A stretch of 64,000 nucleotides of DNA, from the NCBI RefSeq assembly GCF_000142905.1, contig NW_013657675.1:124001-188000 (forward strand). Reading direction: 5' to 3'. Origin of the DNA: Thecamonas trahens ATCC 50062. Its lineage: Eukaryota > Protista > Apusomonadida. The notes beneath the pieces are model-generated. The model was not told where the DNA came from, ran no database searches, and saw only the letters and a list, made by a program, of their open reading frames with translations. This document shows positions 36,800 to 46,657 of the stretch, one piece after another (positions within the stretch are counted from its first letter, which is position 1; each line of letters starts with the position of its first letter). Made by a program: the position numbers and the translations under genes.

Positions 36800-37948
36800 A
36801 TGATCCTTGATATCCTCCCTCTCCTCCGCTCCTACAAGTGGCTGCTCGGCTCGTCATCGCCGCGACGGGCAGAGATCCTCGCCTCGTTGGGCCTCTCCTT
36901 CGACACGGCTTCGCCGTCGTTTGCCGAGGATCTGCCCAAGGAGGCATTCCCCACGCCCGAGGCCTACGTTCTTGCCACCGCACACGGCAAGGCCGATGCG
37001 CTCGAGGCCGATGGCGCAACTACCGGCTACGATGTGGTGGTTGTTGCCGATTCCGTCGTCGTCCTTGAAGGCGCTGTGCTGGAGAAGCCCGCCGATGCCG
37101 ATGATGCTGTCCGCATGCTCACCGCCCTCTCCGGCCGCACCCACTACGTCCACACCGCCGTTGTCATTGTGCCTGCAGGCCGCCCACGGATCGAGCTGGC
37201 GGCGTCGACCCATGTGACGTTTGCCGACCTCCCCGATGAGCTCATCGCCGCCTACGTGGCCTCGGGCGAGCCGCTGGACAAGGCCGGCGCCTACGGCATC
37301 CAAGGGCTCGGTGGAACCCTCGTGGCTGCCATGGACGGCGACTACTTTACCGCCATGGGTCTTCCCAAGCATGCCCTCTGTGCAGCTCTTCGCGACCTCG
37401 CTCCGCTCCTCCCCCAGCCGCAGCTCCCGCAACTGCCGGCCGCCGCCGTGGCCGGCGTCTGGCGCCGGGTCGTCAACTACGAGCCGCGCGACGATGTGGC
37501 CGACGCCACCGCCCGCGATGGGAGCGTCGTCGTCTGGATCCAGGCTCCGGACGGGCTCTTTATCGACGCCCGCTCCGTCGCGAGCGAGCCCTACGGGATC
37601 CGCGGCTTTGCCGGCTCGGTAGAGCTTGGTGAGCCCAGTCGCGACGGCGCCTTTCGTCTGACATGGCATCGCGAGCTTGACACCGCGCCCGCAGCCTGCC
37701 CTACCGGCATCGACTCGGCTACCTGCCGCTGGGCAGGCTCGGACGTTCTTCTCGAAGAGGGCGACGGATACCTCGAGGTCTGGCACCGTGTCGCCACCTG
37801 GGGCCCCGACGCCTCGGCCTCGCGCTCGGCCGACGGTGCCATTGCGCTCACTGCTGGCACCGCTTCAGCCACGGCGTCGGCCGCCGACGACGGCGCCGCC
37901 CGCATCGTTCTCAACCTCGATGATGTCTGCCTCGAGACCGGGCTTTAA
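36800..37948 (+). CDS. Maf-family nucleotide pyrophosphatase fused to an HRI1-like domain
   Basis: LGSSSPRR, F.ED, ADSVV....VLEKP, LSGRTH, EPLDKAGAYGIQG, MGLP. C-terminal GVWRR..WIQAPDGLFIDAR..GFAG..WHRELD..LEEG..YLEVWHR. Confidence 0.85.
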   Translation: MILDILPLLRSYKWLLGSSSPRRAEILASLGLSFDTASPSFAEDLPKEAFPTPEAYVLATAHGKADALEADGATTGYDVVVVADSVVVLEGAVLEKPADADDAVRMLTALSGRTHYVHTAVVIVPAGRPRIELAASTHVTFADLPDELIAAYVASGEPLDKAGAYGIQGLGGTLVAAMDGDYFTAMGLPKHALCAALRDLAPLLPQPQLPQLPAAAVAGVWRRVVNYEPRDDVADATARDGSVVVWIQAPDGLFIDARSVASEPYGIRGFAGSVELGEPSRDGAFRLTWHRELDTAPAACPTGIDSATCRWAGSDVLLEEGDGYLEVWHRVATWGPDASASRSADGAIALTAGTASATASAADDGAARIVLNLDDVCLETGL

Positions 37949-37954
37949 GCAAGA

Positions 37955-39874
37955 CTAAACGCGCCACGGCCACTGCGCCACAAGCGCGCCAGAGGCGTAG
38001 TCGGGCAAGCCGCAGCTGCCGACGTCGGGTGTGTTGGCCGGCAGGCCGCCAAACAACGTCAGCACCTCGCTGCTGGGCGTCACCGCCACCGCTGGCGCGC
38101 TGCCCGAGCCAAGCGAGCCGACAATGACTCCGGGTGTGCAAGGCGTGAGCACCTTGCCGCGCGCAAGGATCGCGTCCAACGACTCGGCCGCGGTCGGAAC
38201 AAGCAAGTAGTTGAGGACGTTGGGCGTGGCACTCGGGACAAAGTCACACGTCGCCGGCGACGTGGCTTTGTTGTGCTCGTTCGAGTTCCAGCACCATCCG
38301 TCGGTCGCCACCACCACCACCCACTCGCCGGCGGGCCGCGCCGCTGCCCGCGGCCGGCTGCCTGCGCCGATCACCGCCAGCTGCCCGCTCGTGCCGGCGC
38401 TCATAGCCACGCCCATTAGAATGCGCCGCGAGGCCGAGCCAACAACGAGTCCGTACCCACCGTCGGACGCGCGCCAGCCACTGCCTCCACCTTTGGCAGA
38501 AATGGTCTCGCCTGTAGGCGCCGCAAACTTGGCCTCGGCTCCTGATGCAACGTCGACGATGAGAGCACTTGCGCCCGAGTCGCAGACGTAGACAAGGAGT
38601 GCCTCACTCCCGCCGATGACCTGGCACCCGGACGGCCCTGGGCGCAACGCAGTGACGTTGCCCCATGCCAACATGCCAGTCGTTGTCGAGATGCTGACCA
38701 TGCAGCGCTCAAAGAGAGCAGCGGACTCGCCTGCGCCGACGAGTCGGCCGCACTCTGCCACGCCTATCGGGGCAGCTATTGCTGGCCCAGCGAGCGCGTG
38801 GCCATCAAGCGGCGCGGCCTCGACAACACCCGACGGGTTGGTGTACACCAGCGCGCCGTCAAGCAGCGCCCACGGTGCCGCGGCGTCCGGCGCGAGCTGG
38901 CCCATGTAGCCCACGGCCGACTGAGGGGCAACGTAGAGCGCAAACTGGAGCGGATCGATGTTGATGGCAAAGCGGAGGCCGGAGGGCGGGCCTGCTGAAG
39001 CGTGGGCAACATACAGCTCGGCCACTGCATTGATGACAACCTGCGCCGACGGCTCCCACACCAGTAGCGGCCACGGATTGGCGCCAAACTTGCCCCAGCC
39101 GAGCTCGGCCATGGCGACGTAGGTGGGAGTCGGGACCGCGGCATCAAAGACCTCAAAGCGATCGTAGCCGGCGGATGCGTTGTTGGAGAAGCCGGCAGCG
39201 AGCGGCGTCGATGAGCCGAGCACATCGTACGCCCAGGTTGCAGGTAGAAACGGCTTGCCTGGAAGTGAGGCATTGGTGAAGCGTGCCAGGCACGTCGCGC
39301 CCTCGCTGGGCACACCCGATCCATCGAGCACAAACGAGACCGAGAACCGCGGGTCGATCTCCAGCGCAACGAGAGCGTCAAAGAGCTCACCAAAGGCGCC
39401 AAGGAAGGCTTCCGCGCGAGGAGAGCCGTCGCACGGCGCAAACCCGTCGATCTTGAAGCACCAGGCAATGGTCACCGGCTGGTCGGCGGCCGGGCCAAAG
39501 TACGCCGCATACGCCGGGTTGCGGATAAAGGCCAGCACGTCGTCGGACGAGTTGTACGCCCGCGCCTCGGAGAGCGGGTTGTGATTGAGCAGGAAGCAGC
39601 CGTACTTGGCCGCCCACGGCGACGTCACTGACGGCTGGTCGGCGCAAAACTCGGGAGGAGCATAATGCGGATCGATCTTGTACCACAGCGCGTCGACGTG
39701 CGGCGCCGCCAGAGGAGCCTTGGCCAGCGTCTGTGGCCACAAGTCGAGGTCGTCGTACGAGTGCAGTTGGTACGAGATGGGGTTCGGGAGAGAGGCGGTG
39801 GCGGTCGGACCAGGCACGGCGGCGAGAGCAGTGGCGAGTGTGAGGGCAGCCAGTGCCAGCAGCAGTCTCGCCAT
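37955..39874 (-). CDS. Secreted protein, possibly PLC-like phosphodiesterase fold at the N-terminus
   Basis: Signal peptide MARLLLALAALTLATALA. QLHSYDD, YKIDPH and LLNH loosely resemble PI-PLC/GDPD motifs. Confidence 0.55.
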   Translation of the reverse strand: MARLLLALAALTLATALAAVPGPTATASLPNPISYQLHSYDDLDLWPQTLAKAPLAAPHVDALWYKIDPHYAPPEFCADQPSVTSPWAAKYGCFLLNHNPLSEARAYNSSDDVLAFIRNPAYAAYFGPAADQPVTIAWCFKIDGFAPCDGSPRAEAFLGAFGELFDALVALEIDPRFSVSFVLDGSGVPSEGATCLARFTNASLPGKPFLPATWAYDVLGSSTPLAAGFSNNASAGYDRFEVFDAAVPTPTYVAMAELGWGKFGANPWPLLVWEPSAQVVINAVAELYVAHASAGPPSGLRFAINIDPLQFALYVAPQSAVGYMGQLAPDAAAPWALLDGALVYTNPSGVVEAAPLDGHALAGPAIAAPIGVAECGRLVGAGESAALFERCMVSISTTTGMLAWGNVTALRPGPSGCQVIGGSEALLVYVCDSGASALIVDVASGAEAKFAAPTGETISAKGGGSGWRASDGGYGLVVGSASRRILMGVAMSAGTSGQLAVIGAGSRPRAAARPAGEWVVVVATDGWCWNSNEHNKATSPATCDFVPSATPNVLNYLLVPTAAESLDAILARGKVLTPCTPGVIVGSLGSGSAPAVAVTPSSEVLTLFGGLPANTPDVGSCGLPDYASGALVAQWPWRV

Positions 39875-40071
39875 GTGTGTGGGTTGGGGGGGGGGGGGGA
39901 AGGGGTGGGGTGGGGTGGCGGCACCTGTCGGCACGCGCACGGGCGCCACAGCGGCCGCCAGCCACCATCGCTCCTTTCTGTCTCACACGGCCATCAGCCT
40001 CACCACCACCACCACCACCACCACCACCACCACCACCACCACCACCACCCCTCACCCCCCATCATATTCAC

Positions 40072-40797
40072 TTATTGATGGCCGTCACCCCCATCGCCAT
40101 CATCCACCGGATCCAGGCCAAGCGGCCGCTTTGCGGCAGGCGGAACAGGGTACTCGCTCTCACTTGGAGTGTCGAGCTGCTCGGGGTCAACGCCGCGTCG
40201 GGCAGCGACAAAGTCGGTGAGATCGACGATGCGGATGATGGCCGCACCGCTGTGGAACGGCTTCCACGACTTGAGTCCGAGCTGGATGGCCCGCCGGCTT
40301 GGATGCTTGGCGCCACTGGGCGAGTGATCCGGATCCCATTGGAGACGGACAATGCCCGAGTCGCCGCGGGAGAGTCCGGCCTTCTGCGCCGCCCGTGCGG
40401 CCTTGTACTCTGCCTCGGAGCTGTACGCCTGCGGATCATACTTGGACGCCACGGCCGCCGCCATCATCTCGTCAAAGGCCGACCGCCGCAGCCAGATCCC
40501 GAGCGTCCGCTCCTGGTTGTTCTTGGTCCCCCAACCGGAGCGGAACATCATCCACAGAAAGTTGGTCTTGATCCACGTCATCCGCGTCGGCGAGAAGGCC
40601 GGCCCGCCGAACCGCTGGTGCTCGAGGGCGTAGTTTGCAATGGCGTCGTTGTACGCCTGGTAGACAAGCACCGCGTCCTCGGTGTACTGCGCAAGGACCA
40701 CCCGCCCCTCGGTCGGCCACTTCTCCTTCTGCTCTATATATCCCACTGTCTCGGGCTCGCCCAGCTCGCCAGCTACCGCCTTCTCGCTTGCTGCCAT
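40072..40797 (-). CDS. DUF4291 family protein
   Basis: AQY.E..V.VYQAY...IA..A, F...RMTWIK.NFLWMM.RSGWG.K.NQER.L, VRLQWDPDH, RRAIQLGL. Confidence 0.9.
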   Translation of the reverse strand: MAASEKAVAGELGEPETVGYIEQKEKWPTEGRVVLAQYTEDAVLVYQAYNDAIANYALEHQRFGGPAFSPTRMTWIKTNFLWMMFRSGWGTKNNQERTLGIWLRRSAFDEMMAAAVASKYDPQAYSSEAEYKAARAAQKAGLSRGDSGIVRLQWDPDHSPSGAKHPSRRAIQLGLKSWKPFHSGAAIIRIVDLTDFVAARRGVDPEQLDTPSESEYPVPPAAKRPLGLDPVDDGDGGDGHQ

Positions 40798-40886
40798 GTC
40801 CTTCCTCCACTGGCGCAAAAAAGAAAGGTGGTGCCGATGGAAGGCCTTGGCCCGCGGCCGGCTCGGCACTGGCAACTTTACTTACC

Positions 40887-43800
40887 CTATCCGTAGGTGA
40901 GATCGATGCCGAGGCACTCGACGTTCTTGCCGGATGCGGCATCATTGATAAAGACAAAGACCCGGACTCCAGCCATGGACGTTCGCTGCGGTCGAAAGAC
41001 AAGGGCGATGGTTCCCGACTCGCCCGGGCCGATGACCAGCTCATCCGAGCCTGCCTCGACATCGACGAGCTCGGGCCGCGAGGTGTGGAGCGCATACTTT
41101 TTGACGCTCCGCGACGAGTTGCGGTACGAGACGTGCTTGCGTGACCCGACGTCGAGGCCAAGCCGGACGGCAAAGGTCTTCGAGAGGACCGGCTGCTTGC
41201 CGGCGGCGTGCACGATCCACGCGCCCACCACCTCGCGCCGCTCGACGTCGACCATGTGGGCGACGACACCGATGCTCGCTGGTGCTGCCGGCTTGAACAC
41301 CAGGCCGACCTCGTTGAGCGCGTTGGCAGTGAGCGACGCAGCCTCGCCCCAAGGCGCCTCGGGCCGGAGAATCGACGGGTGCGAGGTATAGAGCGCAACT
41401 TGCCGGGGGTGGCTCCCGCCACGCACCGCGAGGCTCCGCGTCGACTCTTGTCCGAGCACTGCCACGACGTCGTCGCGGACTGCGGCCGTCACCTCGACCC
41501 GCCACACTCCGTGGACCGAGATCATGTACTCGTCGTCGTAGACCACAAGCACAAACGTGGTCTTGGACGGCGCAGCGCCGACAGCCAGCTTAAAGTACAC
41601 CTCGGCCGGGTCGGACCGCACCCCGCACACCACATCTTCGCGCGAGGCCCGGAGATACTTGACCGCGCTCCGCGGGACACCTAGCAGCGGTAGCGTCCGC
41701 TTGAGGTACTCGCCCTCGGCCCCGTAGAACCGAAGCGTGCGGTCGGCCGGCGTCGCCTGCGGTGCGACGTGCAACTGCAGCACAGCCGCCGGTCGCCCCC
41801 GCGCGTCCACAAACTCGACCTTGCCGGTAAACGGCTCGGCTTGCACCTCGTCCCACGCCTGGTACCGAAACGGGATGTAGACCCGCTCGTGTGGGTCGAG
41901 GTGGATCGAGACCACTCCGCCGGCCTTTTCCATGTACCGCCGCTCTGCAGGCGTGTCCACGCCAAACGTGCGCTTGCAATGGAGCCACTCGTTGTAGTCG
42001 GTCACCACAGTCAGGTTCTCAACCTCGTGGGCGACCGCAAAGACCTGCGGCTCGTCAAACGGATTGACCAGCTCGTACTCGAAGAAAAGCGTCTCGCCAA
42101 ACACCGGATACAGTCGATGCTCGGCGGTGAGCGCCGCTGAGAGCTTCGACAACAGCGTCAGCCGCTTACGCCGCTCACGGAAGAGCGCCACGGTCTTGAG
42201 ATCCGCTGCGTTGCCAGCCCGCGCCTCGAGCACGCTTCGGCCCATTGCACTTGCCAGCGCCTTGTCTACCGCGTCAAGCCGCGAGTCGAGTCTGGATCCG
42301 TCCTTGGCTGCCCGCTGCTTGAGCACAAGGTCCAGCTCCTCGTCGACTTCGCGCATCGGCCGCGCCACCTCGAACACCGTACCCGAGCCCGGCGGCCTGA
42401 GTCCGGCCGGAGCCACACTCGTCGGGTCGTACGGGCCCACCGCTTCACCCTCGGACATCGACCCGACATTGCCAAGCCGCACAAAGAGGAAGCCGCGCGT
42501 CGCCGCAGCCGGACTCTCATCGATTTCTGTCTCGTACACCACAGGCACCTTGTCGGTGAACGCTACCGCCGACCGCCCGGCCCGCAGCAGCGCCCGAAGC
42601 GGAACATGGACGTCGCCAAGTGCCATCCGAGAGGCTGCATCCCATACCGTAATCTGTACCGCCTTGGTCGCCAGATAGCCCGCGAGCGCGCCGGCCTCAT
42701 GTGGCCGCATAAACCCGGGATCAACGCAGAACGAAAGGTCAAGCCCGGGCATGGATCCCCGCTGTCCGCCACTGCTCATCTTCCACAGCACGCTCGGATG
42801 GCCGTCCTCCGGCACCTCGCCATCGGCGCCCAGAGCCACCTGCTGCGTCTCGGTGAGCGGGAACGAGTAAAACTGAAGCGTAAAGTAGAGCCGAGAGCCA
42901 GCGCCGATGCGCTCGGCGCCGGGTTCGCTCGCATATGCCAGGAACTGGATGTGGACGGTCGAGACGTTGTTGACGTCGCTCGACTCTCGCGCGAGCTCGC
43001 TTGCCGACAGCGGCCCGGGCTCGGCCCCGCTGACGTTGGCGGCCGGCGCGCCGGTACCGTCCACAAGCTCCGGGAAGCCGGCCCGGAAGAGGGCGGCTTT
43101 GTCAGCACGGGTGAGGTGGGCAAAGGCGCCCGCGCTGGCCGAGCTCCCGTGCGACTGCGGCAAAGGCTGTCCAAGCACCCGCGACTCGCGCATCTGGGCC
43201 CGCGGCGCCGCCGGCCGCGGCGGACGGGCAGAGAAAGCCTGCGCCTGCGGTGCCGCCGGGTAGTCGAGTGGAACCGGTGCGCCCGTAAAGTCGTACTCGC
43301 TGCCTCGAGCTCCAAGCTCTTCGTTCTCGTGGACCTTGCGCGACGAGCGCCGCCGCCGACGCGAGCGCTTGGACGACGATTTGCGGTCGACGGCCGCCGG
43401 GAGCTCGGCCTCGGTCGCCGTGGCAGCGTCGACGCCAGGCGGGAGGTCGTCGGCGCCGCCCGGCACCAGCGTGGCTCGAAAGGCGAGCTCGTTGCTCGCC
43501 GCCGACGCATCACTGGCATGAGCGTCGGCAAGGCAAGTGTACAGCAGCCGCGAGTCCGGGTTGTGCGACGGGCCTGGAACAAGCTGGACCTCGACATCGC
43601 CGTGGAGGAGGCCATTAGATCCCGGCGACGAGAGGAGGAGTGGAGCCCATGCAATGCCGTACGACTTGGTCGCCTGCGGCGCGTCAATGGCCGCCCGCTT
43701 GCGCTCCTTCTTAGTCAGCTTGAGTGGCGGCCGCTGGACAACAAGCTCGAGCACGGTGACGAGCGCGATGCCGCCGTCGAGCGGAACGAGTGGAAGCAGG

Positions 43801-44786
43801 AGCGTGCCGCCAAACTCGAGTGTCCCCGACGAGGCAACCTTCTCAAGCGAGACAACCAGTGGAGGCGAGAGGTACTTGAGCCCGTTGTGAACGCCGACAC
43901 GCAGCCGGCGCTCAGTGATGGCAAAGGCGCCGAGCGTGGCGGCGTCGACATTGTGGGCATGCGCGTAGGCAGCGCGTACCCGCGCAAGAAACAGGTCCTC
44001 GAACATGTGCGGGAGCGCAACCGCCGGCGAGAGAATGGCAAGGCCATCGTACGGAAGCGGGCGCGGCGGGCGCGGAATCGACGTCAGATCGATGCCGGGC
44101 ACGGTCGAGCTCGCCGAGACCAGGTGGTGGAACGGGAGATACGGCCCGAGCTCGCCGGTGACGTGCGGGTCGAGAGCAAGCGTGGCCCAAGAGAGCGAGG
44201 CAATACCAGGCAGGGCGCGGACCGATGCCAGAGGAACAGACGCCAGCGCCCGCGGCGTGCCCGCGTACAGTGGCGCGAGCGGGCGGTCGCGGCCGACAGG
44301 CACGTCAGCGTTGAACGGGAGCAGGGCAAATCCGAGGCCGTACTCGGTTGTGGCCACCTCGGACGGCTCGGTCGGGTCCGGATGAACAACGGCCATGACC
44401 AGCTCGACAACCAGGAGCAGGCGGACATCAACAACATCGGTGTGGACCACCACCGGTATGTCGAGGGCGAGCCGCGAGCCCGGGTTGGCCAGCGGCGCCG
44501 AGGGCGAGACAAAGGTCGAGCCGACAAAGCGCGAGTTGAGCGCATCAAAGACGGTAGCCCGGATGGAGACCGAGCCCACAATCGGCGGCGAGTACAGAGC
44601 CTCTAGCCGCGGTGGGAGCTTGGGCAGCGAAGCCAACGAGCCGACGGTCACCACCACCGTTCGCGCCCCGCCCTCCAACGCGGTCATGTCCGAGCCCTCG
44701 CCACGCGGGCCACTTGCTTCCAGCGGCACAATAGCCACTCGCCGCGCATGTTCCTGCCACGCACGGCTACCTCCGTCGAGCTCCAT
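40887..44786 (-). CDS. NPHP4: Nephrocystin-4 (ciliary transition zone)
   Basis: ERRLRVGVHNG, IQFLAY..YFT.QFY.FP..T, VWDA.S...LG..VPL..LLR.GR.AV, FGE..FFEY.L.NP, FINDA..K..EC. Confidence 0.9.
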   Translation of the reverse strand: MELDGGSRAWQEHARRVAIVPLEASGPRGEGSDMTALEGGARTVVVTVGSLASLPKLPPRLEALYSPPIVGSVSIRATVFDALNSRFVGSTFVSPSAPLANPGSRLALDIPVVVHTDVVDVRLLLVVELVMAVVHPDPTEPSEVATTEYGLGFALLPFNADVPVGRDRPLAPLYAGTPRALASVPLASVRALPGIASLSWATLALDPHVTGELGPYLPFHHLVSASSTVPGIDLTSIPRPPRPLPYDGLAILSPAVALPHMFEDLFLARVRAAYAHAHNVDAATLGAFAITERRLRVGVHNGLKYLSPPLVVSLEKVASSGTLEFGGTLLLPLVPLDGGIALVTVLELVVQRPPLKLTKKERKRAAIDAPQATKSYGIAWAPLLLSSPGSNGLLHGDVEVQLVPGPSHNPDSRLLYTCLADAHASDASAASNELAFRATLVPGGADDLPPGVDAATATEAELPAAVDRKSSSKRSRRRRRSSRKVHENEELGARGSEYDFTGAPVPLDYPAAPQAQAFSARPPRPAAPRAQMRESRVLGQPLPQSHGSSASAGAFAHLTRADKAALFRAGFPELVDGTGAPAANVSGAEPGPLSASELARESSDVNNVSTVHIQFLAYASEPGAERIGAGSRLYFTLQFYSFPLTETQQVALGADGEVPEDGHPSVLWKMSSGGQRGSMPGLDLSFCVDPGFMRPHEAGALAGYLATKAVQITVWDAASRMALGDVHVPLRALLRAGRSAVAFTDKVPVVYETEIDESPAAATRGFLFVRLGNVGSMSEGEAVGPYDPTSVAPAGLRPPGSGTVFEVARPMREVDEELDLVLKQRAAKDGSRLDSRLDAVDKALASAMGRSVLEARAGNAADLKTVALFRERRKRLTLLSKLSAALTAEHRLYPVFGETLFFEYELVNPFDEPQVFAVAHEVENLTVVTDYNEWLHCKRTFGVDTPAERRYMEKAGGVVSIHLDPHERVYIPFRYQAWDEVQAEPFTGKVEFVDARGRPAAVLQLHVAPQATPADRTLRFYGAEGEYLKRTLPLLGVPRSAVKYLRASREDVVCGVRSDPAEVYFKLAVGAAPSKTTFVLVVYDDEYMISVHGVWRVEVTAAVRDDVVAVLGQESTRSLAVRGGSHPRQVALYTSHPSILRPEAPWGEAASLTANALNEVGLVFKPAAPASIGVVAHMVDVERREVVGAWIVHAAGKQPVLSKTFAVRLGLDVGSRKHVSYRNSSRSVKKYALHTSRPELVDVEAGSDELVIGPGESGTIALVFRPQRTSMAGVRVFVFINDAASGKNVECLGIDLTYG

Positions 44787-45227
44787 GCCTGGGGGGGGCG
44801 TGAATGAGTAGCTGCGAGTGCGGTGTGTCTCCCCACCTCGCTGCCCTCCCGTCGTCTTGATCAGTTTGAACTTTCGGCGGTCGTTTTTGGCGCGCAAAGT
44901 TTAGTCAGTCGGCCAGCGGCGAACACCCATGGCGGAATGGTTATTCGTGCGCGTCTTCGCGCGCCTCACAGTGAACAGCACAGTACATGAGCAAGTCCTC
45001 GAGCTCCCCTGCTGCCGCCACGCACCAGCTGATCTGTTTCGCATGGCTGGGGCTTGACATGGGAGGGCCGCCCACCCGTGATGGCGCCCGCCGAGTAGGC
45101 GCCCATCTGCAGCGTGCCCGGGTTGCCGTCGCGATGACGGGCGCGACGCGGCGCACGCCGATCTGAAGGAGCAGCGGGCGCGGAGCTTGTCGTTGACACC
45201 GGTAAACACCACCGAGTACTTGATTCA

Positions 45228-45630
45228 GACTACGTCGACGCTGCGCTCACCAATGCGCTTTTCGACGCCAATCCCCACGTCACATTGTCGCGCGTCGAGT
45301 TCCTCTATGCTGTCATCGACGTGCTCTCCCAGCTTGCGCCGGCGGCCACGTGTGTCGAGGGAGAGGGGTGCAATACTCGGCTTGCTCATCATCAACATGT
45401 GTGGGGTACCAAAGGGTCGGTACGTCGTGTGCCGGACCGCGTGGACAAATCTGTCCGTTCCGTGTCTTGAAGGACACATGGATGCAAGGCAACCACAAAC
45501 TGGCCAACTTGAGTCCATGCTCCATAGCAGTCACACAACAGTACCACTCCAACCAAAGCATTCCTCTTGGGTTGTGGTACATGTATGTGGGCTTCACTTG
45601 CGCATCGTGGGCTTCTTTGAGTTTAATCTC
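45228..45630 (+). mobile_element. Second decayed piggyBac-like transposase C-terminal fragment
   Basis: VDAALTNA.....SRVEFL.AV..L, then frameshifted GR.VVC, GCGTC and LHL.I..FF.F, resembling the cysteine-rich domain. The region has lower GC than the genes. Confidence 0.5.
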
Positions 45631-45840
45631 GCGAGCGCGAGACGACAGAGCTTGGGAAAAAGTCAAACGGCGCGATCTACGATTCTCGTGTCTGTAGAAA
45701 AGGATGCAGACGTACCGAGGCACTGTAGCTCGATTGCTGCATAAAAGCATGCCTGTTGCGATTTCGTTCGACGAGCGTGTCGTGTCTCTACGTTTAACAC
45801 ATCAATTGATGTTGTGCCGGCTCTCTGCCTGGCTCTTCCG

Positions 45841-45930
45841 CCGCGATAGTGTTGGACAGGCTCGGCGGCCACCGGCCGCGCCGCATAAGGCGACGGGGTT
45901 TGCGAAGTGGCTGCGTCAGGGCGATCACGG
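45841..45930 (-). promoter_or_regulatory. Candidate type II SECIS element (CUGA core) in the 3' UTR of the FrnE gene
   Basis: Minus strand: C-UGAC gcagccacuucgc AAA ccc [cgucgc cuuau gcggcg] cggccgguggccgc CGAG. Lower helix ccgugau/aucgcgg. Folded by eye. Confidence 0.6.
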
Positions 45931-45997
45931 AAAGAGGGAAGGGACAGGCAGAAACGACAGGTCAGACGATGTGGCGGGGAGACAAGATGAGAGCGCG

Positions 45998-46657
45998 CTA
46001 GAGCTCGGCGGCGACCTTGTCGAGGACATCGGCAACAACGTCAGCCGGCTGGGCACCCGAGAGAGCGTACTTGTCGTTGAAGATGAAGAACGGGACGCCC
46101 GAGACGCCACGTGTGTAGGCCGAGTCGATGGCGTCGCGGGTCTCCTGGCTCAGCTCGTCAGTGTTGAGAAAGGCGGCGGCAGCGTCGGCATCGAGCCCGG
46201 CGTCTGCAGCGGCATCGCAGAGGACGGCGTGATCGGCAAGGTTGGCCTCGCGCTCAAAGTAGCGGGTCATAATGCAGGCGACGAGAGCGTCGACGGTGGT
46301 AGCATCGGACGAGCGTTTGGCCCACTCGATGAGGCGGTGCGAGTCAAAGGTGTTCCCGATCTCGCCGCCGTAGGAGAAGGTGATGCCCTCCTCAAGGCCG
46401 ACAGCCTTCATGTGAGGGATCATCTTTTCGATGCGGGCCTCGCCAAACTTGGCTTTGTAGTGGGCGAGCTTGTCGACGGCCTTGGGCAGCGATCCGTCGA
46501 GCATAAACGGCTCCCACTCGATGACCACCTCGGTCGCGTTCCCGGCCTCGCGCCACGCCTCGACTGCTTTGCCCAGCCGTCGCCGGCCGACAAAGCACCA
46601 AGGTCAGATGTTGTCCGACACAATCTTGACCACAATGTTCTTTGCCTGGCTCGCCAT
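45998..46657 (-). CDS. FrnE/DsbA-family thiol-disulfide oxidoreductase, selenoprotein (Sec18, UPWC), 219 aa
   Basis: ATG 46657 MASQAKNIVVKIVSDNI-TGA(46606..46604)-PWCFVGRRRL continues in frame into the 46528 ORF (W.PF.L, NTFDSHRLI.WA, YFE..N, GVSGVPFFIFN..Y.LSGAQP). Confidence 0.92.
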
